This document shows positions 46,913 to 56,745 of a stretch of 64,000 bases of DNA, in pieces. The DNA is from Bacteroidota bacterium (GTDB lineage Bacteria; Bacteroidota; Bacteroidia; Bacteroidales; UBA7960), in contig JBBISA010000002.1 in the NCBI GenBank assembly GCA_037441525.1, positions 75,302 through 139,301 of the forward strand, in the 5' to 3' direction. Made by a program: the position numbers and the translations under genes. The notes beneath the pieces were generated by a model. The model searched no databases. It saw only the letters and a program-made list of their open reading frames with translations, and had not been told where the DNA came from. The stretch's first letter is position 1; each line of letters begins with the position of its first letter.

Positions 46913-48286
46913 ATGAGAACTGTTTACCTAATAATTCTGGCATTGTTGATAGTTGCAGGATGCAACACCAGTAAAAATGCCAGTCATAACAAAAAGATGC
47001 AACAAGCCCCTGCATGGGTTTCCCAAGTGCCCAACAACCCATCTTATTATCACGGGGTGGGCATGTCAGTTAAAGGAGCTAATATTGATCATCGCGAAAG
47101 GGCAAGGCAAAATGCCCTCTCGGAGTTAGCATCGGGCATTTCCGTCAATATAGATGCCACGTCTGTATTGAATCAATTCGAAATTGACAGGACCTACAGC
47201 GAATTCTTCCGTGACAATATCAGGGTATCCACCCAAAAATATCTTGAGGGATACGAACTTGTAGAAGCCTTTGAAACCGACCAGCAATACTGGGTTTATT
47301 ACAGGCTGTCGAAATTCAGGTATGAACAGGTTAAGCAGGAACGCATCAGTAGCGCTTTGGGGTTGTCCAGGTCAAAATTCGATCAGGCCAGATTGATGAT
47401 TCACCAGGGAAGAGCCTCTGATGCTATAGGATTTTTTGTTAAGTCGTTCGAAGATATTCGGGATTTTCTGGGCGAAGACCTTAAAGCAGAAATTGATGGA
47501 GAAACCGTGTCATTTCCTACGGCTATAATGGCAAATTTTCTGAGTCTCATCCACAAAATTCAATTTGATTTTCAACCTGACAAGGTTTCTGCAAAACCAG
47601 GTATCACCAACCAGTCGACTTCGCTTGAAGTAACTGTAAGGGATAAGCATGAAAGGCCGGTGGCAGGTGTACCTGTGTTTACAAGATTCTCATGGTTGCC
47701 CGGAACGCGCAATGATGCTGTAACTGATTCACGAGGTAATTTCAGGATAACAATTTCGAGACTAACCCCTGGTCGTCGCAGTGAAACAATTACCTGCCAG
47801 GTGGATTTGAAAAGGATTGCATCGGCTCATACCAGCGACATGATAATTCAAAGATTTATAAGCAACATAAACCCCGATACATGGGTATTGCCGGTCGAAA
47901 TTGTTTCTCCTCAGTTTTATCTCAGCGTTGACTCAAATCAGGGCAGAGCTTATGCCTCGCAGGTGTACAACGAAATAGCAAGACTATTGGCAATCGATGG
48001 GATTGATGTGTCAGCCAATGAGAACCTGGCCGATTTCAGACTTAGTGTGGTAATCAACTTCACCAACCCGGTGCAGGTAGGCACACGTTTTACCAACGCC
48101 TTGCAATCAAGTTTCATGGTAAGAGATAATAATGGAAGGGAACTTTTTAATCAGCGGCCTTCTGATATATCGGGGTTGGGCAATACTGCATCTGCTGCCC
48201 TGGAAGATGCGCAGCGTTCTTTGACGGGGAAAATCCGGATTTCTATTTACCCTGATATGGTAAACCAGTTATTCCCCCGAAACTAA
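46913..48286 (+). CDS. LPP20-like lipoprotein with additional Ig/CarboxypepD_reg-like and C-terminal domains
   Basis: Lipobox IVAGC and an LPP20-like N-domain (YYHGVGMSVKG...ARQNALSELASGISVNI). A middle segment VTVRDKHERPVAGVPVF...TDSRGNFRITI follows. Confidence 0.55.
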   Translation: MRTVYLIILALLIVAGCNTSKNASHNKKMQQAPAWVSQVPNNPSYYHGVGMSVKGANIDHRERARQNALSELASGISVNIDATSVLNQFEIDRTYSEFFRDNIRVSTQKYLEGYELVEAFETDQQYWVYYRLSKFRYEQVKQERISSALGLSRSKFDQARLMIHQGRASDAIGFFVKSFEDIRDFLGEDLKAEIDGETVSFPTAIMANFLSLIHKIQFDFQPDKVSAKPGITNQSTSLEVTVRDKHERPVAGVPVFTRFSWLPGTRNDAVTDSRGNFRITISRLTPGRRSETITCQVDLKRIASAHTSDMIIQRFISNINPDTWVLPVEIVSPQFYLSVDSNQGRAYASQVYNEIARLLAIDGIDVSANENLADFRLSVVINFTNPVQVGTRFTNALQSSFMVRDNNGRELFNQRPSDISGLGNTASAALEDAQRSLTGKIRISIYPDMVNQLFPRN

Positions 48287-48486
48287 TAGAATTTACTAAT
48301 CTGTAAGTTTGTTATTTTTTATTATTACCGGTAATTTTGGAGTTTTTCCTGCGTTTGTGCTTTGTTGAATTATTCTAAAAAGTACAAAACATAATGATTC
48401 TATTCATGTTGGGCAACCATAAAAAGATTACTTTTGCAAATTGTTTCAAAAACAACCGTAACAACACAAAAACCAAGTTGAAATTC

Positions 48487-49314
48487 ATGTTTAAGCCGAT
48501 CAGTATCAACCCTGTGGTTTGGATAGCATTGCTGGCCTTGGCAATTGCATCATGCAGCCCTTATCAAAAATTGCTTAAAAGCGATGACGTTTACCTTAAA
48601 AGGGAAAAGGCCCTTGCATACTATGAAAAGGGTGATTATAACAAAGCTTTAACCCTTATCACAGACATAATTCCTGCATTCAGGGGTACTGCCGATGCCG
48701 AAACCCTTAATTACTATTACGCCATGGTTCATTTCAAAATGAAAGATTATGTTATGGCGGCCCATTACTTTAAAACGTTTTCACAAGGATTTCCACGCAG
48801 CCAGCACGTAGAAGAATTTCTTTTCCTGAGTGCCTACTGTAAATACCTTTTGTCGCCTCGTCCGAGTCTCGATCAGAAAGATACCCGCGATGCCATTGCT
48901 GAATTTCAGTTTTTTATCAACCGTTTTCCTAACAGTTCAAGGGTTGAAGAAGCTAACAGCTTTATTGATGAGTTAAGGTTGAAACTCGAGACTAAGGCTT
49001 TTAACACGGCGATGATGTATTTTAACCTTGGTGATTATATTGCTTCAACCCGAACTTTTAATAATGTCATTCGCGACTATCCCGATACCAAATTTCGCGA
49101 AGAGGCAATGTTTTATATTCTGCGTTCCAACTTTCATTTTGCCGAAAACAGTATTCATTTCCGTCAACTCGAGCGTTATCGCGATGTGGTGCAGGCACAC
49201 AACCGGCTTATCAACCGGTTTCCTGAAACCCGGTTTTTAGGCCAGGCCAATCGTATGCTTTCAACTGCCCAGGAAATGATAGCCCGATTGGAAACAGTAG
49301 CCCAAACACCCTAA
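48487..49314 (+). CDS. bamD: Outer membrane protein assembly factor BamD
   Basis: Start at MFKPISINP with lipobox AIASC. TPR-like BamD pattern (ALAYYEKGDYNKAL...) and the conserved position before rpoZ-coaBC. Confidence 0.8.
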   Translation: MFKPISINPVVWIALLALAIASCSPYQKLLKSDDVYLKREKALAYYEKGDYNKALTLITDIIPAFRGTADAETLNYYYAMVHFKMKDYVMAAHYFKTFSQGFPRSQHVEEFLFLSAYCKYLLSPRPSLDQKDTRDAIAEFQFFINRFPNSSRVEEANSFIDELRLKLETKAFNTAMMYFNLGDYIASTRTFNNVIRDYPDTKFREEAMFYILRSNFHFAENSIHFRQLERYRDVVQAHNRLINRFPETRFLGQANRMLSTAQEMIARLETVAQTP

Positions 49315-49366
49315 CTATTTTTTAACCCTTGAAATCTAATCATTTTCAATAATTCTTGTTGATAAT

Positions 49367-49687
49367 ATGGAAATTAAAAAGTCAAAAACTCCTACCAATA
49401 CCGTTACCCGCGACATAAGGCAATTTGATGCTGAAACCGGAAATGTTTATCAATCTGTTGTTATCCTGTCAAAAAGGGCAAATCAGATTTCTTTGGATAT
49501 GAAGGAAGAATTAAGTACAAAGCTTTCAGAATTTGCTTCATCAACCGATAACCTTGAAGAAGTTTTCGAAAATCGTGAGCAGATTGAAATAGCACGCCAC
49601 TATGAGCAGTTGCCAAAACCAACGTTGGTTGCCATTTCTGAGTATCTCAATGATAAGGTGTACTACCGGATACCCGAAAAAGATTAA
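49367..49687 (+). CDS. rpoZ: DNA-directed RNA polymerase subunit omega-like protein
   Basis: 106 aa with the motif NVYQSVVILSKRANQI. It sits in the usual Bacteroidota bamD-rpoZ-coaBC arrangement. Confidence 0.65.
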   Translation: MEIKKSKTPTNTVTRDIRQFDAETGNVYQSVVILSKRANQISLDMKEELSTKLSEFASSTDNLEEVFENREQIEIARHYEQLPKPTLVAISEYLNDKVYYRIPEKD

Positions 49688-49722
49688 TTCAGGGTTGTTA
49701 AACCCTATTTTCAATCGACGAT

Positions 49723-50922
49723 ATGCTTAGCGGCAGAAGGATAATATTAGGTATCAGTGGCGGAATTGCAGCCTATAAAAGCCTTTCCTTGATCCGTTTA
49801 TTTAAAAAAGCAGGGGCAGAAGTAAAGGTTGTTACCACTGAAAATGCCCTTTGGTTTGTTACCCGCGTTAGTCTTGAATCCCTTTCACAAAACAAAGTTT
49901 ACGATCAGGTTTTCGGGCCCGAAAATGATTATACCACCGAACATATAAGTCTTACCGATTGGGGCGATTGTTTTGTGGTTGCCCCCGCAACCGCCAATAT
50001 TATTGGCAAACTGGCAGGTGGAATTGCCGACGATGCCCTCTCTACATCATTACTTGCGTTCAATAAAAAGATTTTTATTGCTCCTGCCATGAACGTTAAA
50101 ATGTTTGATCATTTTTCTGTTCGAAGAAATATGGAATGGCTGAAAGAGAACGATATTGAAATTATTGAACCCACCGAAGGGTTCCTTGCTTGTGGTTATG
50201 AAGGAAAAGGTAGAATGGAAGAACCGGAAGCAATCTTCGATAGAATTGATCAGTATTTTACCCGGAGCATTAGTCCGCTGGCCGGAAAAAAAATCCTGGT
50301 TACTGCCGGCCCGACACACGAAGCCCTTGATCCGGTAAGGTATATCGGGAACCATTCGACAGGGAAAATGGGATTTGCTTTGGCCCAATCCCTTGCCTGC
50401 AGGGGAGCAGAAGTTTACCTCGTGGCAGGACCGGTTGACCTCCCCAATCCAACCCAAATTAAAGAGAGGCTCGATGTGAAAAGTGCAGAAGAAATGTTCA
50501 GGGCATGCACCAAACTTTTCCCGCAAATGGACGCAGCCGTTATGACTGCTGCAGTTGCCGACTATCGCCCCGGAGTTTCACGTAAAGAAAAAATCAAAAA
50601 AGTAAGCGAAACAATAGAGATAACTCTGGTTAAAAATCCTGATATTCTTGAATCTTTGGGTAAAATGAAGAAAAAGGGGCAGATTCTTGCAGGTTTTGCA
50701 CTTGAAACAGATAATGAGACCAGTAATGCCCAGGAAAAACTATTGAAAAAAACCCTTGACTTTATTGTGCTAAATTCGCTGCGCGACCCAGGTGCCGGCT
50801 TTGGCCACAATACCAACAAAGTAACAATACTGGACAATAAAAACAATATTTTGGGGTTTGAAATAAAAAGTAAAACTTTGGTTGCTGAGGATATTGCCGA
50901 TAAACTTGAATCGTATTTTTAA
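49723..50922 (+). CDS. coaBC: Bifunctional phosphopantothenoylcysteine decarboxylase / phosphopantothenate-cysteine ligase
   Basis: GISGGIAAYK, VAPATANIIGKLAGGIADD, TAGPTHEALDPVRYIGNHSTGKMG. Confidence 0.95.
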   Translation: MLSGRRIILGISGGIAAYKSLSLIRLFKKAGAEVKVVTTENALWFVTRVSLESLSQNKVYDQVFGPENDYTTEHISLTDWGDCFVVAPATANIIGKLAGGIADDALSTSLLAFNKKIFIAPAMNVKMFDHFSVRRNMEWLKENDIEIIEPTEGFLACGYEGKGRMEEPEAIFDRIDQYFTRSISPLAGKKILVTAGPTHEALDPVRYIGNHSTGKMGFALAQSLACRGAEVYLVAGPVDLPNPTQIKERLDVKSAEEMFRACTKLFPQMDAAVMTAAVADYRPGVSRKEKIKKVSETIEITLVKNPDILESLGKMKKKGQILAGFALETDNETSNAQEKLLKKTLDFIVLNSLRDPGAGFGHNTNKVTILDNKNNILGFEIKSKTLVAEDIADKLESYF

Positions 50923-50977
50923 ACCCGGTTCAATTGCTTAAAACTACGTTTGATTCAAGGTAACTTCATTATTAGGT

Positions 50978-51925
50978 ATGCAAAAAAAAATCACAGTTCT
51001 GACATTCATATTATTATTGGCCCATTTTGGCCGTACCCAGGAACTGCAATGCATGATACAAATCTCTTCACCAGGCTTGTCGGAGACCGAACGGCAGATT
51101 TTGCAGACACTGCAATCGGCAGTTTATGAATTTATTAACCAGCGCAACTGGACCGAGTATCAGTACAAACCTGAGGAGAGGATTGAAGCAAGTATACTCA
51201 TTACGGTGAATGAAAAAATAGGAAACGATGAATACCGGGGCACTATTCAGGTGCAGAGCAGGCGTCCCATTTTCCGAACATCATATTCAAGTCCTGTTCT
51301 CAACCACAACGATCGCGATTTTAATTTCAGATATGTCGAAAATCAAACACTTGAGTTTGCCGACAATGCCTTTACCAGCAACCTCACCTCAGTACTTGCC
51401 TTTTATGCTTATCTAATCATAGGGTTCGATTTCGACACCTTCACCCCAATGGGTGGGACGCCATATTTTCAGAAAGCACAGAATATTGTAAATCTTGCCC
51501 AGAATGCCAATGAACGTGGATGGAAATCTTTCGAGGGCCAGCGAAACCGATACTGGTTAATGGAAAATATATTTAATTCGCAATACACCAACATCAGGCA
51601 GGCGCTATATTCCTACCACAGGCTTGGATTTGACCGAATGACAGATAATATGGATATGGGAAGAGCTGAAGTGACAAGTGCGCTGGAAATGTTGCAACGA
51701 ACTCATCGTCAAAGACCAGGCAGCTACCTGATGTCGATACTGATGACAACCAAAGGCGACGAACTTGTGAGTCTCTACAACGATGCTCCCGCCATTGAAA
51801 AAACACAGGTTGTAGCCATACTTTCAGAAATAGATCCAGCCAATAGTGCCAAATACCGTCGTATTTCCCAACAACAGCAACAACAACAATCGGCACCACA
51901 ACAACCAAGACCTCCAGGTCGTTGA
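50978..51925 (+). CDS. DUF4835 family protein with a poly-Gln C-terminal tail
   Basis: Signal peptide, then ELQCMIQISSPGL...ILQTLQSAVYEFINQRNWT, which is typical of DUF4835. The C-terminus is ISQQQQQQQSAPQQPRPPGR. Confidence 0.65.
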   Translation: MQKKITVLTFILLLAHFGRTQELQCMIQISSPGLSETERQILQTLQSAVYEFINQRNWTEYQYKPEERIEASILITVNEKIGNDEYRGTIQVQSRRPIFRTSYSSPVLNHNDRDFNFRYVENQTLEFADNAFTSNLTSVLAFYAYLIIGFDFDTFTPMGGTPYFQKAQNIVNLAQNANERGWKSFEGQRNRYWLMENIFNSQYTNIRQALYSYHRLGFDRMTDNMDMGRAEVTSALEMLQRTHRQRPGSYLMSILMTTKGDELVSLYNDAPAIEKTQVVAILSEIDPANSAKYRRISQQQQQQQSAPQQPRPPGR

Positions 51926-52026
51926 TTAGGTTGTTTTAAACATCTTTTTAGAAGTCCAATTTTAACCTGCGCGGTGTCGCAAAGTTTTTTAACTTTGTGC
52001 CCTTGCTAAAACAGCTTTGGTTCTAA

Positions 52027-53700
52027 ATGTTAAAAAGTCTTCTGATTGAAAATTACGCCCTTATTCAGAAACTGGAATTAGGTTTTGATGAAGGGCTCAC
52101 CATCATTACAGGTGAGACTGGTGCCGGTAAATCCATCCTTCTGGGGGCACTTGGGCTTATTCTTGGAAACAGAGCCGATACCCGGGTACTTTTTGACCAG
52201 GACACTAAATGCATTATAGAAGGCGTTTTCAGTCTCAATCAATTAAACCTTCAGGAATTTTTTACTCAGAATGAGCTTGATTACGAAGAAACCACTATAC
52301 TAAGGCGCGAAATAACACCCCAGGGAAAATCAAGAGCTTTCATTAATGATACCCCTGTCAACCTTCCCGTTTTAAAGGCGCTTGCCGAAAAACTCATTGA
52401 TATTCATTCCCAGCACCAGAACCTCCTCTTTTCCGAATCAGCTTTTCGCTATGATTTGATTGATGCCTTTGCCGGGATAACTGCGATAATTGTTAATTTC
52501 AGAAAGAGTTACACGGATTTGTTGCAGCTCAGAAAAAAACTAACGTCACTTCAGGATCAAGAAAGGCAGGCACGGGCAGAGCTCGATTATTTCCGGTTTC
52601 AGTACGATGAGTTGCACAAAGCCACCCTGATTCCCGGAGAAACGGAGGAATTGGGTGCTGAACTCGAAATACTTAATAATGCCGGAGAGATCAGGACGAA
52701 TCTTGAAAGGGCCGATTATCTTCTTTCGAGCGACAATGATAATGTACTGGCTGCTATAAATCAGGTAATTGGCCTTTGTCGTACTATAGAGAAATTTGAT
52801 CCGGCTTTTGGGGAGATTTTGGCACGACTTCAATCTGCATCTATAGAGTTAAAAGATATTGCACAGGAGATTGCAGCACGTAAGGAAGATGTGACTGATG
52901 ACCCTGTCCGAACCGCCCATCTTCAGCAACGATTCGATTTTCTGCAGAAATTACTATTCAAGCACAATTCCTTATCTATCGATGACCTTATAAAATTAAA
53001 GGATGACTTTAAAAACAGGATAGAAGGGGTGGAAACAATGGAAGAGGAGATTGAGAAACTATCAAAAGATAGTCAACTTAGGGAGGAGCAATTAATCAAA
53101 GTTGCCGCCGGTATCTCATCTAAACGAACGGAAGCGGTGCCATTGCTTGAAGATGAAATCAATGCAATACTTAAAGAATTGGGGATGCCCAATGGACGTT
53201 TTGTTGTGCAAATCCAACCCGAATCAGGATTAGGAGTCAACGGTTCAGACAACATAGATTTCCTTTTTTCGGCCAATAGCGGGCTTGCTCCACAGGAGTT
53301 ATCGCGGGTTGCATCAGGGGGCGAACTTTCGAGACTTATGCTTGCCATTAAATCGGTTATTTCATTCCGTAACCTGCTCCCCACCATAATATTTGATGAG
53401 ATTGATACAGGAGTATCGGGCGAAATAGGTTTTAAGATGAGTAATATGCTTCACAAAATATCGCGCAATATGCAGGTAATTGCCGTAACGCATTTACCGC
53501 AGGTAGCGGCCAGAGGTAAAAAGCATTTTGTAGTATTTAAAAATATTGAGAACCTTACAACCTCCACATCCGTAAGAGAACTATCGCAGAAGGAACGTGT
53601 AATAGAGATTGCACAGATGTTAGGAGGAGCTAATCCCGGCCCTGCCGTATTACAGGCAGCTGAAGAGTTATTTGAAAAACAGAATATTAACCAAAATTGA
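52027..53700 (+). CDS. recN: DNA repair protein RecN
   Basis: Walker A GETGAGKSIL, a long coiled coil, the SMC signature SGGELSRLMLA and Walker B IIFDEIDTG. Confidence 0.95.
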   Translation: MLKSLLIENYALIQKLELGFDEGLTIITGETGAGKSILLGALGLILGNRADTRVLFDQDTKCIIEGVFSLNQLNLQEFFTQNELDYEETTILRREITPQGKSRAFINDTPVNLPVLKALAEKLIDIHSQHQNLLFSESAFRYDLIDAFAGITAIIVNFRKSYTDLLQLRKKLTSLQDQERQARAELDYFRFQYDELHKATLIPGETEELGAELEILNNAGEIRTNLERADYLLSSDNDNVLAAINQVIGLCRTIEKFDPAFGEILARLQSASIELKDIAQEIAARKEDVTDDPVRTAHLQQRFDFLQKLLFKHNSLSIDDLIKLKDDFKNRIEGVETMEEEIEKLSKDSQLREEQLIKVAAGISSKRTEAVPLLEDEINAILKELGMPNGRFVVQIQPESGLGVNGSDNIDFLFSANSGLAPQELSRVASGGELSRLMLAIKSVISFRNLLPTIIFDEIDTGVSGEIGFKMSNMLHKISRNMQVIAVTHLPQVAARGKKHFVVFKNIENLTTSTSVRELSQKERVIEIAQMLGGANPGPAVLQAAEELFEKQNINQN

Positions 53701-53706
53701 TTTGAT

Positions 53707-54555
53707 ATGACACACGAATTGTTGAAAGGAAAGCGGGGGATAATTTTTGGTGCTTTGGATGAAAACTCCATTGCATGGAAAGTAGCAGAAAGAGCCAAAG
53801 AAGAGGGGGCATTATTCACCCTCACCAATGCACCTGTGGCTTTGCGAAAAGGTGATATTTTCAGATTGGGTGAAAAATTAGGGGCCGAAGTTATTTCAGC
53901 AGATGTTACCCAGGTCGACGACCTTGAAAATCTATTCCAGGAAAGCATGCGGATTCTGGGAGGAAAAATCGATTTTATCCTCCACTCGGTTGGGATGTCG
54001 CCCAATGTTAGAAAGGGATTACATTATACTGAACTCGACTATAATTACATGATGAAAACTCTGGATGTATCGGCAATTTCGCTGCATAAAGTGCTGCAAA
54101 CTGCATGGAATCTCGATGCATTGAACGAGTGGGCCAGTGTAGTTGCCCTTAGCTATATTGCCGCACAACGCACCTATTCATCATACAGCGATATGGCGCA
54201 GGCCAAAGCAATGCTCGAGTCAATTGCCCGCAGCTTTGGCTATCATTATGGAAAACGCCGCAAGGTGCGTGTAAATACCATCTCACAATCTCCAACCGTA
54301 ACCACTGCCGGCCAGGGAGTCAGGGGATTTAATGCATTTTATGCCTACGCTAACTGCATGTCGCCATTGGGTAATGCTACATCCGACGATTGTGCAACCT
54401 ATTGTATTTCTTTGTTCTCCGATTACACAAAAATGGTAACCATGCAAAATCTTTTCCACGATGGTGGTTACTCATCAATGGGGATCAGTGATACGCTCAT
54501 CAACGATTGCTTCGTGTGCACCGGCGATTGCAACGATAAAGACAAAGGAAAATAA
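53707..54555 (+). CDS. fabI: Enoyl-[acyl-carrier-protein] reductase (NADH) FabI
   Basis: LKGKRGIIFGALDENSIAWK, an SDR fold, and the active-site region YSDMAQAKAMLES. Confidence 0.88.
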   Translation: MTHELLKGKRGIIFGALDENSIAWKVAERAKEEGALFTLTNAPVALRKGDIFRLGEKLGAEVISADVTQVDDLENLFQESMRILGGKIDFILHSVGMSPNVRKGLHYTELDYNYMMKTLDVSAISLHKVLQTAWNLDALNEWASVVALSYIAAQRTYSSYSDMAQAKAMLESIARSFGYHYGKRRKVRVNTISQSPTVTTAGQGVRGFNAFYAYANCMSPLGNATSDDCATYCISLFSDYTKMVTMQNLFHDGGYSSMGISDTLINDCFVCTGDCNDKDKGK

Positions 54556-54656
54556 GTAACTTTTTTCATCCCCGATAAAGCATCAACCAAAAACCAAAAA
54601 AGAAGAACATTCTTCGAATTATTCACCAATTAATTCATAAAGAAAACCCTAGATTC

Positions 54657-55526
54657 ATGAGTTTCAGAATTGTTGTATTAGCCAAGCAAGTACCCGATAC
54701 CCGCAATGTGGGTAAGGATGCCATGAAGGCAGATGGTACTGTAAACCGCAGTGCGCTTCCGGCCATTTTCAACCCCGAGGATTTACATGCCCTTGAGCAG
54801 GCGCTTAGCGTGAAAGACCGGATTGCCGACGCCGAAATTACCATTATTACCATGGGACCTCCCCGCGCCGCCGAAGTTATCAGGGAAGCCTTATACAGAG
54901 GAGCCGATACCGGATACCTGGTTACCGACCGTAAGTTTGCCGGCTCCGATACCCTGGCTACTTCTTACGCATTGAGCCTTGCAGTGAAAAAACTGAATCC
55001 CCATCTGGTAATTGCCGGTCGCCAGGCTATTGATGGCGATACAGCACAGGTTGGCCCTCAGGTAGCCGAAAAACTTAATCTTCCACAAGTAACTTATTGC
55101 GAAGAAATTCTCGAAGTTAATGAAAATGAACTTATCATAAAAAGACGCCTTGAAAGGGGTGTAGAAGTGGTTAAAAGCAAGACCCCAATGGTGATCACCG
55201 TTCATAGTTCAGCACCCCACTGCCGTCCGCGCCATGCCAAACTTTTGATGAAGTTTAAACACTCACGTACTATTTCCGAGCTGGTGGAAGAAACCAAAGA
55301 CTACACCGAAATGATGACCAATAAGCCCTACCTGCGCATTGAAGAATGGAGCGTAGCCGATCTCGATGCTGATGCTCAATACCTTGGCCTGTCAGGTTCG
55401 CCTACAAAGGTAAAGAAGATCGAAAATGTTGTACTTGCCAAGAAAGATTCCATCCAGTTAACTCCTGATGATAAGGATATTGATTTTCTGATGAAGGATC
55501 TGATCGAAAGTCACGTAATTGGTTAA
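54657..55526 (+). CDS. etfB: Electron transfer flavoprotein beta subunit
   Basis: IVVLAKQVPDT, NPEDLHALEQAL, GRQAIDGDTAQVGPQVAEKLNLPQVT. Confidence 0.9.
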   Translation: MSFRIVVLAKQVPDTRNVGKDAMKADGTVNRSALPAIFNPEDLHALEQALSVKDRIADAEITIITMGPPRAAEVIREALYRGADTGYLVTDRKFAGSDTLATSYALSLAVKKLNPHLVIAGRQAIDGDTAQVGPQVAEKLNLPQVTYCEEILEVNENELIIKRRLERGVEVVKSKTPMVITVHSSAPHCRPRHAKLLMKFKHSRTISELVEETKDYTEMMTNKPYLRIEEWSVADLDADAQYLGLSGSPTKVKKIENVVLAKKDSIQLTPDDKDIDFLMKDLIESHVIG

Positions 55527-55671
55527 TTCTATCTTATTGTTCAATTAGCCTGTTTTGATTTTTTTAATGATCAAAGAAAACAAGGCCATTTAATAACCAG
55601 ATGCCGGTATTGTCCCTAAAAATCTAAAGCACTTTAGAATTAACCGGTACTAATAAAAACTAAAAGGAAAC

Positions 55672-56691
55672 ATGAATAACATATTCGTTTATTGCGAAAT
55701 AGAAGATGGTCATGTGGCCGAAGTAAGCCTTGAGTTGCTTACCAAGGGCCGCAAGCTTGCCAATGAAATAAACCGTAAACTTGAAGCCATTCTGATTGGT
55801 CATAATCTTGACGGGATTGAGAAACAGGTATTCCCTTATGGAGTTGATGTGGCGCATATTGCCGATAATTCGAGGCTTTATCCCTACCTATCACTTCCTC
55901 ATGCCGAAATCATTGTTAACCTGTTTAAACAGGAAGAACCTGAAATTGCCTTGTTTGGTGCAACTTCGGTTGGCCGCGATCTGGCACCCAGGGTAGCATC
56001 GGCTCTTAAGTGTGGACTCACCGCTGATTGCACCAGTCTTGTCTTTGGAGATCATACCGAGAATAAAACCGGCAAAGAATACAAGAACCTTCTTTATCAG
56101 ATAAGGCCGGCTTTCGGCGGAAATATTATTGCCACCATTATCAACCCCGATACACGGCCGCAAATGGCAACCGTAAGGGAAGGAGTCATGAAAAAGGAAG
56201 TCTACAACAGCAATCATAAAGGCGAGGCAAAGCACATAAGTGTTGACACTATACTCAATGAAAGCCACATGGTTGTGGAAATCATTGAGCGTCATATTGA
56301 AAAGCAGAAAATCAACATTAAAAATTCACCTATCATTATATCAGGTGGTTATGGCGTGGGTTCGAAAGAGAATTTCGACCTGTTGTTCGAACTTGCTGAG
56401 TTGCTGGGTGGTGAAGTAGGTGCATCACGTGCAGCTGTTGATGCCGGTTTTGTTGACCATGCCCGTCAGGTGGGTCAGACCGGGGTTACCGTACGGCCAA
56501 AATTGTACATTGCATGCGGTATTTCTGGTGCTGTGCAACATACCGCGGGTATGAATGAATCTGCCAAGATCATTTCCATCAACAACGACCCCAAGGCGCC
56601 CATTAATCAAATCGCCGATTATACAATTATTGGCAATGTTGAAGACATTATCCCCAAAATGATCAAGTATTATAAGAAAAATACCCGGTAA
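55672..56691 (+). CDS. etfA: Electron transfer flavoprotein alpha subunit
   Basis: C-terminal FAD-binding motifs GASRAAVDAGF, QVGQTGVTVRPKLYIACGISGAVQH and INNDPKAPI. Confidence 0.9.
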   Translation: MNNIFVYCEIEDGHVAEVSLELLTKGRKLANEINRKLEAILIGHNLDGIEKQVFPYGVDVAHIADNSRLYPYLSLPHAEIIVNLFKQEEPEIALFGATSVGRDLAPRVASALKCGLTADCTSLVFGDHTENKTGKEYKNLLYQIRPAFGGNIIATIINPDTRPQMATVREGVMKKEVYNSNHKGEAKHISVDTILNESHMVVEIIERHIEKQKINIKNSPIIISGGYGVGSKENFDLLFELAELLGGEVGASRAAVDAGFVDHARQVGQTGVTVRPKLYIACGISGAVQHTAGMNESAKIISINNDPKAPINQIADYTIIGNVEDIIPKMIKYYKKNTR

Positions 56692-56745
56692 TCAGCCTGG
56701 TTGCCAGTCAATTAAGGGATTCACTTATTAAAAAAAAACTAGAAA

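Noticed and set aside
54480-54555. The Cys-rich C-terminal tail of FabI (NDCFVCTGDCNDKDKGK) as a possible metal site or fused peptide.
   Set aside because: It is short and I have no comparison set to show that it is unusual for Bacteroidota FabI. This is insufficient evidence.
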